From Candidatus Eiseniibacteriota bacterium (GTDB lineage Bacteria > Eisenbacteria > RBG-16-71-46 > CAZAMP01), in contig OZ245046.1 in the NCBI GenBank assembly GCA_965224245.1, positions 3,008,001 to 3,072,000 on the forward strand: DNA of 64,000 nucleotides. The letters run 5' to 3'. The position numbers and the translations under genes were made by a program. Shown here piece after piece: positions 46,391-58,595 of this stretch. Under the pieces are notes generated by a model, which ran no database searches, was not told the DNA's origin, and saw only the letters and a list, made by a program, of their open reading frames with translations. How positions within the stretch are numbered: the first letter of the stretch is position 1; every line of letters begins with the position of its first letter.

Positions 46391-47208
46391 AGCTCCGCGA
46401 TCGCGCGGGCGACCAGACGCGTGAGCTTCGGCTCCGCGCCCGCGGCGACCGCCAGGATGCGCGCGATGTCGACCGGCTCGAGCGTATCGGGCAGGCACAC
46501 GTCCGTGACCACCCCGAACGCCAGCACACGCATGCCCGCATGAGCCGCGACGATGCACTCGGGCACCGTGGACATGCCCACGATGTCGGCGCCGATCGCG
46601 CGGAGGAACCGGTACTCGGCACGCGTCTCGAGGTTGGGACCGGCCACGGCCACCAGCACGCCGTTCTCGATGCGGATCTTCTCCTCGATCGCGATGTCCC
46701 GGACCTTGGCCTTGAGCTCCGCGCAGTACGCGTCGGACATGTCCGGGAAGCGCGGCCCCAGCGAGTCGTCGTTCGGGCCGATGAGCGGATTGTCGCCCAT
46801 CAGGTTGATGTGGTCGTCGATCAGGACGATGCTGCCCAGCGGATGGAGCGGGTTCATCCCTCCGACCGCGCTGTTGAGGATCAGCGTCTCGGCGCCGAGC
46901 GCGTGCATCACGCGCACGCCGAACGTGACCTCGGCCATCGAATGACCCTCGTAGTAGTGCACGCGACCGCGCATCACGACGACCGGGCGATCGGACACAC
47001 GCCCGATGATCATCTGCCCCGCGTGGCTCTCGACCCCGGTCGTCGGCAGGTGCGGGATGTCCGCGTAGTCGATGGCCACCGGATCCTCGATCACGCCGGA
47101 CAGATCACCCAGACCCGTTCCGAGCACAATCGCGGCGACCGGTTTCACGTCGGTGACGCGGCGCACGGCGGCGACCGCGTCGTCGATCTGGGCTCGCAGA
47201 GCAGTCAT
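46387..47208 (-). CDS. purine-nucleoside phosphorylase (trimeric type)
   Basis: IVLGTGLG, GRVHYYEG, DHINL, GPRFPDMS, GPNLETRAE, VGMSTVPE. Confidence 0.93.
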   Translation of the reverse strand: MTALRAQIDDAVAAVRRVTDVKPVAAIVLGTGLGDLSGVIEDPVAIDYADIPHLPTTGVESHAGQMIIGRVSDRPVVVMRGRVHYYEGHSMAEVTFGVRVMHALGAETLILNSAVGGMNPLHPLGSIVLIDDHINLMGDNPLIGPNDDSLGPRFPDMSDAYCAELKAKVRDIAIEEKIRIENGVLVAVAGPNLETRAEYRFLRAIGADIVGMSTVPECIVAAHAGMRVLAFGVVTDVCLPDTLEPVDIARILAVAAGAEPKLTRLVARAIAEL

Positions 47209-47284
47209 CGGATCCGGACCTCGTGACGGGTGGTGGATGCGTCGCTCCAGCCGGCACGGCCGTACCGGCGGTCGGACGTCGCGC

Positions 47285-47932
47285 TCATCGATCGGATTCC
47301 TCCGACCCGAGGCCGAGGAAGTCCTCGGCCAGCGGGGCATCGGTCGCGCCCTCGCCCACCGCCCGGACCGCGCGAGACCCCGAGACCTCGGCCAGCGATG
47401 GTGTGGCGTCGTCCCCGCGATCGATCGGGGCGTACCGATCGGCGATCTGGTGGGCGGACTGGGCCAGCTCGCCGATGTCGTCGTCGCCATCGTGCTGGGA
47501 GAGCAGCTCGAGCTGCATGTTGACCAGCGACCGGAAGCGGTGAACGAAGACGTCCTTTCGCTTCTGAAGCTCGTCGATCTCCTCGGAGAGCTGCCGCAGA
47601 CGCGCACGCGCGTCGTCGAGCACGCGCTCGGCGCGGAGGTGCGCCTTGTGGATGATCAGCTCGCTCTCGCGGTGCGCGTGATCCTCGCTCTCGGTGCTGA
47701 TCTTCTCGGCGTGGACGAGCGTTCGCCGCAGCGTCTCCTCCATCGCCTTGTACTCGGTGAGGTCCCGATCACTGGAGTTCACGCGGTCCTTCAGTGCCGT
47801 GTTCTCGCGCTTGATCTCCTCCATCTCGTTGGCGACGAGATTGAGGAAATCCTGAACCTCCTCGGGATCCACGCCCCCGAGGCGCTTTCGCGCGAACGTG
47901 TGCTTTCGGATTTCCAGCGGCGTGAGTCTCAC
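47285..47932 (-). CDS. DivIVA domain protein
   Basis: MRLTPLEIRKHTF...GVDPEEVQDFL followed by coiled coil. Confidence 0.88.
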   Translation of the reverse strand: MRLTPLEIRKHTFARKRLGGVDPEEVQDFLNLVANEMEEIKRENTALKDRVNSSDRDLTEYKAMEETLRRTLVHAEKISTESEDHAHRESELIIHKAHLRAERVLDDARARLRQLSEEIDELQKRKDVFVHRFRSLVNMQLELLSQHDGDDDIGELAQSAHQIADRYAPIDRGDDATPSLAEVSGSRAVRAVGEGATDAPLAEDFLGLGSEESDR

Positions 47933-47948
47933 CGAGATACTCCTTGCC

Positions 47949-48647
47949 CTATGCCTGACGAGACGCGCGCGGCCCGCAGATCGCCGATCCCACGCGCACC
48001 ATCGTGGCTCCCTCTTCGATGGCGATCTCGAAGTCGCCGCTCATTCCCATGCTGAGCTCGCGGAGCGGCGCCCCGGGCAGCGCGGCGCGAGCCCGCGGGA
48101 GCAGCTCGCGCAGCGTCACGAACGAACGCCGGGCGCCCTCGTCGCCCCCCTCGAGTGGACCGATCGTCATCAGCCCGTCGACCGACAGGTGCGAGCATCG
48201 TCCGGCGGCGGCCGCGAGCGCGTCGAACGCGTCGACGGACGTGCCGTGCTTGGTCGCGTCACCGGACGTGTTGACCTCGAGCAGCACCCGCTGAATCTTG
48301 CCCGCCGCCTCCGCCCGACGATCCACGGCCTCGGCGAGGCGCGCGGAGTCGATCGAGTGGATGAGGTCGAACATCTCGACCGCCCGACCCGCCTTGTTCG
48401 TCTGCAGGTGGCCGATCAGATGCAGCGTGGCGCGACCCCGCAGCACGGGCCACTTCTCGCGCGCCTCCTGCACCCGGCTCTCGCCGACGTCGACGGCTCC
48501 CGCCCCGATCGCCTCGACCGCGACCGAGACGTCGAACCCCTTGGTCACGACGATCAGGCGCACGTCGTGGGGGTCGCGTCTCGCACGGCGACACGCCCGG
48601 TGCATCCGATCGCGCACGCGACCCAGATTGTCGGCGATGTGGGACAT
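47949..48647 (-). CDS. yggS: YggS family PLP homeostasis protein
   Basis: IVVTK, GESRVQE, HLIGHLQTNK, IHSIDS, GLMTI, LSMGMSGD, VRVGSAI. Confidence 0.93.
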   Translation of the reverse strand: MSHIADNLGRVRDRMHRACRRARRDPHDVRLIVVTKGFDVSVAVEAIGAGAVDVGESRVQEAREKWPVLRGRATLHLIGHLQTNKAGRAVEMFDLIHSIDSARLAEAVDRRAEAAGKIQRVLLEVNTSGDATKHGTSVDAFDALAAAAGRCSHLSVDGLMTIGPLEGGDEGARRSFVTLRELLPRARAALPGAPLRELSMGMSGDFEIAIEEGATMVRVGSAICGPRASRQA

Positions 48648-48845
48648 GATCGTCCACGATCCGAGAGGTGCCCTGCATCGTCCGGACGACGACGTCGAGA
48701 CGAGCGGCCGTCGGTCGAGCGGCGGAAGGATATCGGCCCGCGTTCGAGCCCAGCAAGGGAAAGATCGGTGGCTCACGCCGGCCGCGCCCGCACGGGGCCG
48801 CGGCCACGCGCGGCACCCGAGGACGGCCCGTCCGCAACGGCGCCG

Positions 48846-49640
48846 CTACTCCCGGGTCAGTACCAGGTTTCCCGACTCGTATCGCCGGAGCCCCGCACGA
48901 AACAGCAGCCCGGCCAGCCCGACCGAGACCATCGTGAACACGGCGAGCAGCGCAAACGTCGGCCACGAGAACTCGTGAATCAGGGTGACCGGCACGTAGG
49001 CCACGAACCCGGCCGGGATCACGGTGAAGAGCACGACCTTGATCGCGCCCCGGAAGATCACGGTGGGATAGGTCGAGAAGTTGATGAGCGCCCCCGAGAG
49101 CTGCGCCGCCAGGGCCTCGGCGTTTCCGAGGAAGAACGCGAGGCTCTGAGTGGCCACGCCGAACGACACGAAGATCGTGGCCGTCGTCAGCACGGTGACC
49201 CCGAACAGGATCCAGCCTTGCGGATCGGGGCGCACGATCCAGGCGAAGCCGATCACGCCGAACAGCACGTCGCCGGGAGCGGTGATGCTCATGCGGCTGA
49301 TCAGCAGGTGAGGCAGCACCGGCTTCGGCTGCGCGAGATAGAAGTCGAGCTCCCCGCGCATGATGGCCGTCGCCACCCGAAACAGGTTCCCGCAGAGCGT
49401 GGTGGCCACGCCGAAGCCCGCGGCGACGACGGCCCACAGCGTGACGATCTCGTCCCGCCCCCAGCCCTCGACCAGCGGGAACCGATCGAAGTACGCCAGC
49501 CAGAACACGAGCCACATCGCGTCGTTCAGCATCATCGCGAACACCTGGGTGAAGAACGACACGCGATACTCGAGCGCGCTCTGGACGTTGGCCCTGAGGT
49601 ACGCGCCAGCGAACCGGAGGAGATCACCCGCCTTGCGCAC
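48846..49640 (-). CDS. ABC-2 family transporter permease
   Basis: LEYRVSF, GELDFYLAQP, several TMs, RRYESG. Confidence 0.88.
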   Translation of the reverse strand: MRKAGDLLRFAGAYLRANVQSALEYRVSFFTQVFAMMLNDAMWLVFWLAYFDRFPLVEGWGRDEIVTLWAVVAAGFGVATTLCGNLFRVATAIMRGELDFYLAQPKPVLPHLLISRMSITAPGDVLFGVIGFAWIVRPDPQGWILFGVTVLTTATIFVSFGVATQSLAFFLGNAEALAAQLSGALINFSTYPTVIFRGAIKVVLFTVIPAGFVAYVPVTLIHEFSWPTFALLAVFTMVSVGLAGLLFRAGLRRYESGNLVLTRE

Positions 49641-50502
49641 TGACCCTCCTCGATCCCCGCGAGTAGATCGCGAGCAGCAGCACGAGACCGACGCCGCCGA
49701 AGAGAGCCTGCATCGCGAACACGGACGGTGCGCCGCTCGCGTCGGTGCTCAGGAACAGGCGGCTGGGCTGGTACAGGATGTACTGGAACGGCAGCGCCCT
49801 CGCGACGCGCTCCAGCCACTCGGGGTAGGCATCGAGCGGGATCATCAGCCCGCCGAGCAGCATGATGAAGCGGCGGAGCAGCAGATGGAGTCCGAAGGTG
49901 TCCTCGATCCAGAACGACGTCAGCGAGACCGAGAACGTCCAGAGCCAGTCGACCACGAACGCCAGGAGCGCGGCCGCCAGCGCCGCCGCGACGCCGATCG
50001 GGGACAGCGGGACGCCGCCGACGACGAGCGCGGCCACCGCACAGCCGATCGCCAGGTTCAGACCGAAGCGCACGAGCCGCTCACCGAGGTAGGTCCCCAG
50101 GTGAAAGAGCGGGTACGCGATCGGTCGGGCCAGCCGATACGCCAGCTCGCCGGAGCGGACCTCTCGATCCACGCCGACCTCTCCCACGCTCGGCCCGGAC
50201 AGGACGATCGCCTCGGTGAACGCGAGGTACCAGATCAGCTGCGCGATCGAGAAGCCCGTGAGCGCCGTCACGTCCTGTGATCGGTTGGTGGCGCTCCAGA
50301 GCTGCGTGAACGTGTACAGGATCAGGCCGAGGAAGATCGTGCGGGTCACGAACTCGCCCAGGTACGTCAGACGGGACGCCAGCGTCACCCGGATGATCGC
50401 CACCAGCTTGGACACCGTCGCGCCGAGCCCCCCCGGCTCGCGGAGCGGCGCGTCGAACGTCCGGAGCCGTGGCCGCCCGGGCGATGGGTCGTGGCCGGTC
50501 AT
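49624..50502 (-). CDS. ABC-2 family transporter permease
   Basis: VRSGELAYRLARP, GGLMIPL, LPFQYILYQP, QGG terminus. Confidence 0.88.
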   Translation of the reverse strand: MTGHDPSPGRPRLRTFDAPLREPGGLGATVSKLVAIIRVTLASRLTYLGEFVTRTIFLGLILYTFTQLWSATNRSQDVTALTGFSIAQLIWYLAFTEAIVLSGPSVGEVGVDREVRSGELAYRLARPIAYPLFHLGTYLGERLVRFGLNLAIGCAVAALVVGGVPLSPIGVAAALAAALLAFVVDWLWTFSVSLTSFWIEDTFGLHLLLRRFIMLLGGLMIPLDAYPEWLERVARALPFQYILYQPSRLFLSTDASGAPSVFAMQALFGGVGLVLLLAIYSRGSRRVSAQGG

Positions 50503-51542
50503 GTCCGGCTCTCCGCGTCGCGCTCCGGCGCCGGTGGCGGGCGCTCCCCTCGATCCTCGTAGATCGCGGCGATGATCTCCTCGGTGGGCGGATCCTCGAT
50601 CGTCACGTCCGCCAGCGGAAGGGCGCCGAGGTGGCCCACGACGTCGGCGATCGGGCGCACGTCGGTGTCGATCTCGAGCTTCAGCCCGTACTCGGTGGCG
50701 CGCAGCACCCGCACCCCCTCCAGCCGTGCGGGAGGCTCCACCGAACGCTTGAAGCGCAGCCGGACGATCTTGCGGCGAAGGTATCGCCGTCGGAGCGCGC
50801 TCACCCGATCGTCGAACACGCTACGACCGTGGTTGATCACGATCACGCGCTTGCACAGCTGCTCGATGTCTCCCGCGTCGTGCGAGGTCAGGAGCACCGT
50901 CACGCCCTCCTCGCGGTTCAGCTCGCGCACGAGCTCGCGAATCTGCTGCTTGGCGACCACGTCGAGCCCGATCGTCGGCTCGTCCAGGAACAGGACGCGC
51001 GGACGGTGCAGGAGCGACGCCACGATCTCGCACCGCATGCGCTGGCCGAGACTCAGCTTGCGCACCGACGTCCCCAGCAGCGGACCGAGGTCGAACCGCT
51101 CCACGAGCGCGGCCCGACGGGCTCGGTACTCGTCGCGGGGGATCTCGTAGATTCTCGACAGAAGCTCGAACGTCTCGCCGGCCGGCAGGTGGAACCACAG
51201 CTGTGAGCGCTGACCGAACACCGTGGCCACGTTCATCGCGAGCGTCGTGCGCCGCCGCCAGGGGACGAGACCGAGCACGCTCACCGTGCCCGCGGTCGGG
51301 TGCAGGATGCCGGTGAGGATCTTGATCGTCGTGCTCTTGCCGGCGCCGTTGGGGCCGATGAGCGCGAGGGACGCGCCGGCGTCCAGCTCGAAGCGGAGAC
51401 CCGACACCGCCTCGATGCACTCGTATTGCGGCCGCAGATACGACGACAGGATGCCGCTCAGACCCGGGCGCCGGATTCGCCGCTCGAACGTCTTCACGAG
51501 CCCGTCGACCGTGACCACCGCCGCCATCGTCGCCTCCGGCAC
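50499..51542 (-). CDS. ABC transporter ATP-binding protein
   Basis: GPNGAGKST, LSLGQRMR, LFLDEPT, TSHD. Confidence 0.93.
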   Translation of the reverse strand: MPEATMAAVVTVDGLVKTFERRIRRPGLSGILSSYLRPQYECIEAVSGLRFELDAGASLALIGPNGAGKSTTIKILTGILHPTAGTVSVLGLVPWRRRTTLAMNVATVFGQRSQLWFHLPAGETFELLSRIYEIPRDEYRARRAALVERFDLGPLLGTSVRKLSLGQRMRCEIVASLLHRPRVLFLDEPTIGLDVVAKQQIRELVRELNREEGVTVLLTSHDAGDIEQLCKRVIVINHGRSVFDDRVSALRRRYLRRKIVRLRFKRSVEPPARLEGVRVLRATEYGLKLEIDTDVRPIADVVGHLGALPLADVTIEDPPTEEIIAAIYEDRGERPPPAPERDAESRT

Positions 51543-51718
51543 TTCGGATCATCGGGTATTCCAAACACAGACGCGCTCGGGGCGCACGATGTTTCGCCGA
51601 AATCCGCGAGCTCGGTCCCGCCGCGGCATGCGCCGGCGAGCGCGGCCGGGATTGCGCGCGGCCGCACCTCGACGGTACGCTGCCGGCACGCTGTTCACTT
51701 CCGACTCCGAGGTGTTTC

Positions 51719-54700
51719 GTGCGCGATCCGGGCCATCATCGACGTGATCGACGCTCGGCGCGGCGCCGCCGATCCGGCCTCGCCCGCGTGCGCCGCGCGG
51801 CCGCGATCCTCGGGCCAGGCGCTCTCGCGGCACTCCTCGCGCTGTGGACGCTGGCGATTCCCTTTCCCGGACACGCGTTCGCGCCGCGCCCGTTCGAGGT
51901 CGAGCACGGACCTACGGGCCTCTCGGAGGTCTCGGACCTCCTCCGAGACGGCGAGTGGACCGACGCGGTCACCCGCGGACGAGAGCTGCTCTCGGAGGTG
52001 GAGAGCGAGTACGGGCCCGAGAGCCTGGAGACCGCGCTCGTCCTGGATCGGCTGGTCGAGGCGCTGTGGCGGGCCGGCAAAGCGGCCGATCCCGACGTGG
52101 TCGGCTACGCCGACCGTGCCCAGGCCATCCAGGAGCGCGTCCTCGGACCCGACCACCCCGAGGTGGCTCAGACCCTGCAGACGGCGGGCAATCTCTTCAG
52201 CCGGCGTGGCGAGTACGAGGAGGCCGAGACGCGGCTCACTCGCGCGCTGGCCATCCGGGAGGCCGCGCTGGGTCCCACGCACGAGCGCGTTGCCGGTACC
52301 CTGAACGATCTCGGGATCCTGGCCGGGCGACGGGGCGAACACGCGCGCGCGGCCACGTACCTCGAGCGCACGCTCGCCATCCGCGAGGAGATCCTTCCGC
52401 CCGGCCACCGTGAGCTCGCCGAGACCCTCGGCAACCTCGGCTGGCTGTACAACGAGTCGGCGGAGTACCCGAAGTCGATCGCGTACAGCCGCCGGGCGCT
52501 CTCGATCATGGAGAAGATCGAGGGCCCGATGCACCCGATGGTCCTGGGCCTGCGCAGCAACACCGCGGTCGCACTGCTCGGGTTCGGTGACCACGAGTCC
52601 GCGCTGTCCGAGTTCCGGGGCGTGCTGGCCGCGCTCCTCGAGTCGCTCGGGCCCGATCATCGCGAGACCGGAAAGGCCTATCACAACATCGCGGTGGTGA
52701 ACGAGATCAACGGAGATTACGCGGCCGCCTACGACTACGCACAGAAGGGGCTGGACGTCTTTCATCGCGCGCTCGGTCCGGACCATCCCATCCTGTTCAA
52801 CCCGATGACGTTCATGGGAGATCTGTCGCTCGAGCTGGGCGACGTGGATCGGGCCGAGCGGTGGTTCTCGGACGCGCTGGACCTCGCCCGCTCCATCGAT
52901 CCGACCCACCCGGACGTCGCATCCGCGCTGAAGTCGCTCGGCCGCGTGCACCTGCGTGCCGGTCGGCTCGACGAGGCGGAGACGGTCCTGACCGAGGCGC
53001 TCGCCATCGCCGAGAAGAACCCCGGGGCGGCGCGCGACGACGAGGGCGGGATCCTCGCGACGCTCAGCGATCTCGCCGACGCACGAGGTCAGCTCGACGC
53101 GGCCATCGACTACGCGGCACGGGCGGTCGAGACGTACGCCGAGGCCACCGGTGAGCGCAACGTGATCACGCTCACGGCGCTCCGGAATCTGGCCGTTCTC
53201 GAGGATCGCGGCGGCCACCACGACCGGGCCGTCGCCGAGCTCGAGCGCGTGGTGTCCGGCTTCGAGGACATGCTCGGCCCCGATCACCCGGAAGTCGGGC
53301 AGACGTTGATCGCCCTCGCCCGGGCCGAGATCGAGATCGACCCCGAGCGCGCGTTCGAGCTGGCGCTCGACGCCGAGGGCATCGTGCGCGAGCACCAGCG
53401 CATCGTCACGCGGGCGCTGCCCGAGGGCGTGGCGATCCGCTACGCGGCCGTGCGCGCGTCCGGACGCGACATCGCCCTGACGCTGGCGTCTCGCGCCGGC
53501 CCGTCGAACGCCGGCGGACGTGACGAGCGAGCCCTGGACGCGGTCATTCACTCCCGCGCGGTCGTGCTCGACGAGATGGCGTCGCGCCATCGCGCGATCT
53601 CGGGCGACGCCAACGTCGAGCTGATCGCCCTGCGCGAACGCGAGCGGCGAGCCCGGGCTCGGCTGGCCAACCTCGTCCTCCTGGGTCCCGAGAACATCGA
53701 CTCCGAGCACCATCGCCGACTCCTGGACGAGGCACGGGACGAGCGCGACGCCGCCGAGCGCGCGCTGGCGGCCGCCGGCGAGCTCTCTGCCAGCCCCGTG
53801 GTCGGGCTCGACGACGTGCGCCGGCACCTCGATCCGTCGCAGGCGCTGGTCTCGCTCGTTCGCTACGACGACGCCATCGACGAGCGCGGTCGCTATGCGG
53901 CGTTCGTCACGACGGCCGATCGTGTCACCCTCGTGCCGCTGGGCGACGCGGACGACGTCGACGCCGCGATCCGCCGCTGCCACGACGAGGCCGGCCTCGG
54001 TGCGCTCGTCCCCGGTCGCTCGGACGCCGAGGCCGAGGCGGCGTACGTCGCGGCGGCCGGCGAGCTGGCGGCGCTCGTGTGGACGCCCGTGCGGTCCCAC
54101 CTCGGCGCGGCCGCGCGCGTGTTCATCGTCCCCGACGGACTCACCAGCCTGATCGACGTGGCGGCGCTCCCCACCGGCGACGGAGACTACGTGATCGACG
54201 AGCCTCTGCTCGTCCATCTCGTCAGCGCCGAACGCGACCTCGTGCGCGACGAGCCCGACCCGCTCGGACACGGGCTCCTGGCGTTCGGCGCCCCCGAGTT
54301 CGATCGACAGGACGCCCTCGTCGCGGCGGCGGATCCGGCGAGCGCCGGCGCGGGGCCCGCGGTCTATCGCGGGTCGGCGCCGGGATGTCCCGAGTTTCGC
54401 GACGTGCGCTTCGAGTCGCTTCCGGCCGCGGCGACCGAGGTCGAGGACATCGAAGGGCTCTGGAGCGCCTTCGACCGGACCGACGACGTCACCGCGCGCA
54501 CCGGTGCCGCCGCGAGCGAGGCCGCGTTCAAGGCTCTCGCCCCCGGGCACCGCGTCCTGCACGTCGCGACGCACGGCTTCTTCGCGGGACGATTGTGTGC
54601 CGCCGACGCCGGGGGTACGCGCGGCCTCGGCGGACTGACGCACGCGACCGCGTCCACCGGATCCGCTCGGATCTCGTCGACCAATCCGCTGACGCTCTCG

Positions 54701-55117
54701 GGGCTCGTGTTCGCCGGCGCGAATGCGCGCGATGCCTCCGGGCCGGACGACGAGGACGGCCTCTTGACCGCCGAGGAGATCTCGGCGCTCGACCTCCGCG
54801 GGGTCGAGTGGGCCGTGCTGTCGGCGTGCGAGACCGGTCGCGGCGAGATACACGACGCCGAAGGCGTCCTCGGCCTGCGACGCGCGTTCCAGGTCGCGGG
54901 CGCCCGCACCGTCGTCATGAGCCTGTGGCCGATCGACGATCGGTTCGCGCGTGACTGGATGATCGCACTCTACCGCGCACGGCTCGCCGAAGGCCTCGGC
55001 ACCGCAGAGGCGGTGAAGGCCGCCTCTCGCGCGAGCCTCGAACGACGGCGGGCGGCGGGCGCCAGCACGCACCCGTACTACTGGGCCGGCTTCGTGGCCT
55101 CCGGAGACTGGCGCTGA
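51719..55117 (+). CDS. TPR-repeat CHAT (caspase-like) domain protein
   Basis: Repeated LGPDHP TPR units; LHVATHG and VLSACETG catalytic motifs; SLWPIDD; HPYYWAGF. Start uncertain. Confidence 0.9.
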   Translation: MRDPGHHRRDRRSARRRRSGLARVRRAAAILGPGALAALLALWTLAIPFPGHAFAPRPFEVEHGPTGLSEVSDLLRDGEWTDAVTRGRELLSEVESEYGPESLETALVLDRLVEALWRAGKAADPDVVGYADRAQAIQERVLGPDHPEVAQTLQTAGNLFSRRGEYEEAETRLTRALAIREAALGPTHERVAGTLNDLGILAGRRGEHARAATYLERTLAIREEILPPGHRELAETLGNLGWLYNESAEYPKSIAYSRRALSIMEKIEGPMHPMVLGLRSNTAVALLGFGDHESALSEFRGVLAALLESLGPDHRETGKAYHNIAVVNEINGDYAAAYDYAQKGLDVFHRALGPDHPILFNPMTFMGDLSLELGDVDRAERWFSDALDLARSIDPTHPDVASALKSLGRVHLRAGRLDEAETVLTEALAIAEKNPGAARDDEGGILATLSDLADARGQLDAAIDYAARAVETYAEATGERNVITLTALRNLAVLEDRGGHHDRAVAELERVVSGFEDMLGPDHPEVGQTLIALARAEIEIDPERAFELALDAEGIVREHQRIVTRALPEGVAIRYAAVRASGRDIALTLASRAGPSNAGGRDERALDAVIHSRAVVLDEMASRHRAISGDANVELIALRERERRARARLANLVLLGPENIDSEHHRRLLDEARDERDAAERALAAAGELSASPVVGLDDVRRHLDPSQALVSLVRYDDAIDERGRYAAFVTTADRVTLVPLGDADDVDAAIRRCHDEAGLGALVPGRSDAEAEAAYVAAAGELAALVWTPVRSHLGAAARVFIVPDGLTSLIDVAALPTGDGDYVIDEPLLVHLVSAERDLVRDEPDPLGHGLLAFGAPEFDRQDALVAAADPASAGAGPAVYRGSAPGCPEFRDVRFESLPAAATEVEDIEGLWSAFDRTDDVTARTGAAASEAAFKALAPGHRVLHVATHGFFAGRLCAADAGGTRGLGGLTHATASTGSARISSTNPLTLSGLVFAGANARDASGPDDEDGLLTAEEISALDLRGVEWAVLSACETGRGEIHDAEGVLGLRRAFQVAGARTVVMSLWPIDDRFARDWMIALYRARLAEGLGTAEAVKAASRASLERRRAAGASTHPYYWAGFVASGDWR

Positions 55118-55216
55118 TCGGGCACGGGTCGTACGCGGGTCGAGCGCGGGCCGCACGCTCCCGGTACGGCATCGATTTCGCTCGACCCGAGAGCCCGAAA
55201 TAGTATCGTGCGCGCC

Positions 55217-55966
55217 ATGGAGACCATCCCCGACCCGGCCATCCTGACGGTGCTCGGCTACGCGTCGCTCGCGGCCATCATCGCGGCGTTCGGCACGCTC
55301 CCCTTCATCGTCCGCGACCACGTCCCGGTTCGCTGGGTCGGCTGGGCCTACGCGCTCGCCTCGGGTCTGATGATCGGCGCCGGCTACGTGCTGATGACCG
55401 AGGGACTCCACCGGGCGGTGTGGCCCGTGGCCCTCGGCGCGCTCGCGGGGGTCGGGTTCACGTTCGCCATGCAGTCCTACACGGGCACGCGCGAGCTCGA
55501 GACGAGCCCCGACGCCGCGCTCGACTCCGGGTACATCGTGAAGTTCGTGCTCCTGAACGCCCTCCACTCGGCGTCGGAAGGCGTCGCCATCGGAGTCGCG
55601 ATGGCGGTGAACCTGACGCTCGGGGCGTTCGTGGCCCTGAGCCTCGCGGTGCACAACGTGGCCGAGGCGCTGGTGCTCACCGACGTGCTGAGGCGCCACG
55701 ACATGCGGGTCCGCCAGGCCGCTCCGCTCTCGATCATCACGAACATCCCGATGGTGCTGATGGCCATCGTGACGTTCGCGCTGGTCCCCGCCGTTCCCGG
55801 TGTGTTGCCGTGGCTGCTGGGGGTGAACGCGGGGGCCCTTCTGTACCTGGTCATGACCGAGCTCCTTCCGTCCGCGTACGAACGCAGCGGACGCACCGCG
55901 ATCGCGGTGATGGTCAGCGTGACCGCCGGGGGCGTCGTGTTTCTGCGCGACTTCTTCGTCAGGTAG
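55217..55966 (+). CDS. ZIP (ZupT/GufA) family metal transporter, divergent copy
   Basis: ALASGLMIGA, LHSASEG, VHNVAEA, ELLP. Confidence 0.82.
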   Translation: METIPDPAILTVLGYASLAAIIAAFGTLPFIVRDHVPVRWVGWAYALASGLMIGAGYVLMTEGLHRAVWPVALGALAGVGFTFAMQSYTGTRELETSPDAALDSGYIVKFVLLNALHSASEGVAIGVAMAVNLTLGAFVALSLAVHNVAEALVLTDVLRRHDMRVRQAAPLSIITNIPMVLMAIVTFALVPAVPGVLPWLLGVNAGALLYLVMTELLPSAYERSGRTAIAVMVSVTAGGVVFLRDFFVR

Positions 55967-55974
55967 GTCCGAGG

Positions 55975-56706
55975 ATGGAAGCCACGATCCTGCTGGTGTT
56001 CGTGTTCGGGCTGATCACGGCGCTGGCCACCGGGCTCGGCGCCGTCCCGTTCGCGTTCATGCGCAACGTGAGCCCGCGGACGACGGCCCAGGCACAGGCC
56101 ATCGCCGCCGGCCTGATGCTGGGCGCGAGCTTCGGTCTGATCGTCGAGGGCTCCGCCTACGCGACGTGGCAGACGATCGCCGGCGCCGCCGTCGGCGTGG
56201 TGTTCATCCAGGTCGGTCAGGCGGTGCTGGGTCATCAGGAGATCGAGTTCGGCGGCCTCGGCGGCGCGGGGGCCCGTCAGACCGTGCTGATCCTCGTGGC
56301 CATGACCGTCCACTCGTTCGCCGAGGGCGTCGCGGTGGGCGTCGCGTTCGGGGGTGGTCAGACGCTCGCGGCGCTGATCACGGTCGCGATCGCGATCCAC
56401 AACGTTCCCGAGGGGCTGGCGATCAGCGCGGTCATGCGCCCCAAGGGAGCGAGCGTGCTCGCGTGCGCGGGCTGGAGCATCTTCTCGTCTCTCCCGCAGC
56501 CGCTGATGGCCGTGCCGGCGTTCCTGTTCGTCGAGCACTTTCGCGCCGTCCTCCCCTACGGCCTCGGCTTCGCGGCCGGCGCGATGGTGTACATGGTCTT
56601 CCTGGAGATTCTGCCCGACGCCTACCGCGTGGCCCGGAAGTCCGAGGTCGGGCTACTGGTCAGCCTCACGCTGGGGGCGATGATCCTGTTCCAGCTCCAG
56701 CTCTGA
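55975..56706 (+). CDS. ZIP (ZupT/GufA) family metal transporter
   Basis: ATGLGAVP, VHSFAEG, IHNVPEGLA, GFAAGAM. Confidence 0.92.
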   Translation: MEATILLVFVFGLITALATGLGAVPFAFMRNVSPRTTAQAQAIAAGLMLGASFGLIVEGSAYATWQTIAGAAVGVVFIQVGQAVLGHQEIEFGGLGGAGARQTVLILVAMTVHSFAEGVAVGVAFGGGQTLAALITVAIAIHNVPEGLAISAVMRPKGASVLACAGWSIFSSLPQPLMAVPAFLFVEHFRAVLPYGLGFAAGAMVYMVFLEILPDAYRVARKSEVGLLVSLTLGAMILFQLQL

Positions 56707-56827
56707 CGCACCGGCTCCCGCCGGGTCCTACGGGGAATCCGCAGTTGTGCGCGAGGGCCGCGTTGCTACCATCGTCGCCCCGGTTGACGGCGGGTCCTCG
56801 CGGACCCCGCCGGAGAGGAGGTGACGC

Positions 56828-58528
<1,701 letters not shown>

Positions 58529-58595
58529 TGGCGTCAGGATCGAGCGTCGAGCCGCACGATGCGGCCCGGTCCAATCCCGAAGGAGACTGGTCGAC

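Noticed and set aside
51695-55699. 1334-aa minus-strand ORF (likewise 19892-23209, 30209-33334 and 36858-39128 on +)
   Set aside because: Antisense shadows of well-supported genes; long stop-free frames are expected at this GC content and they carry no motifs.
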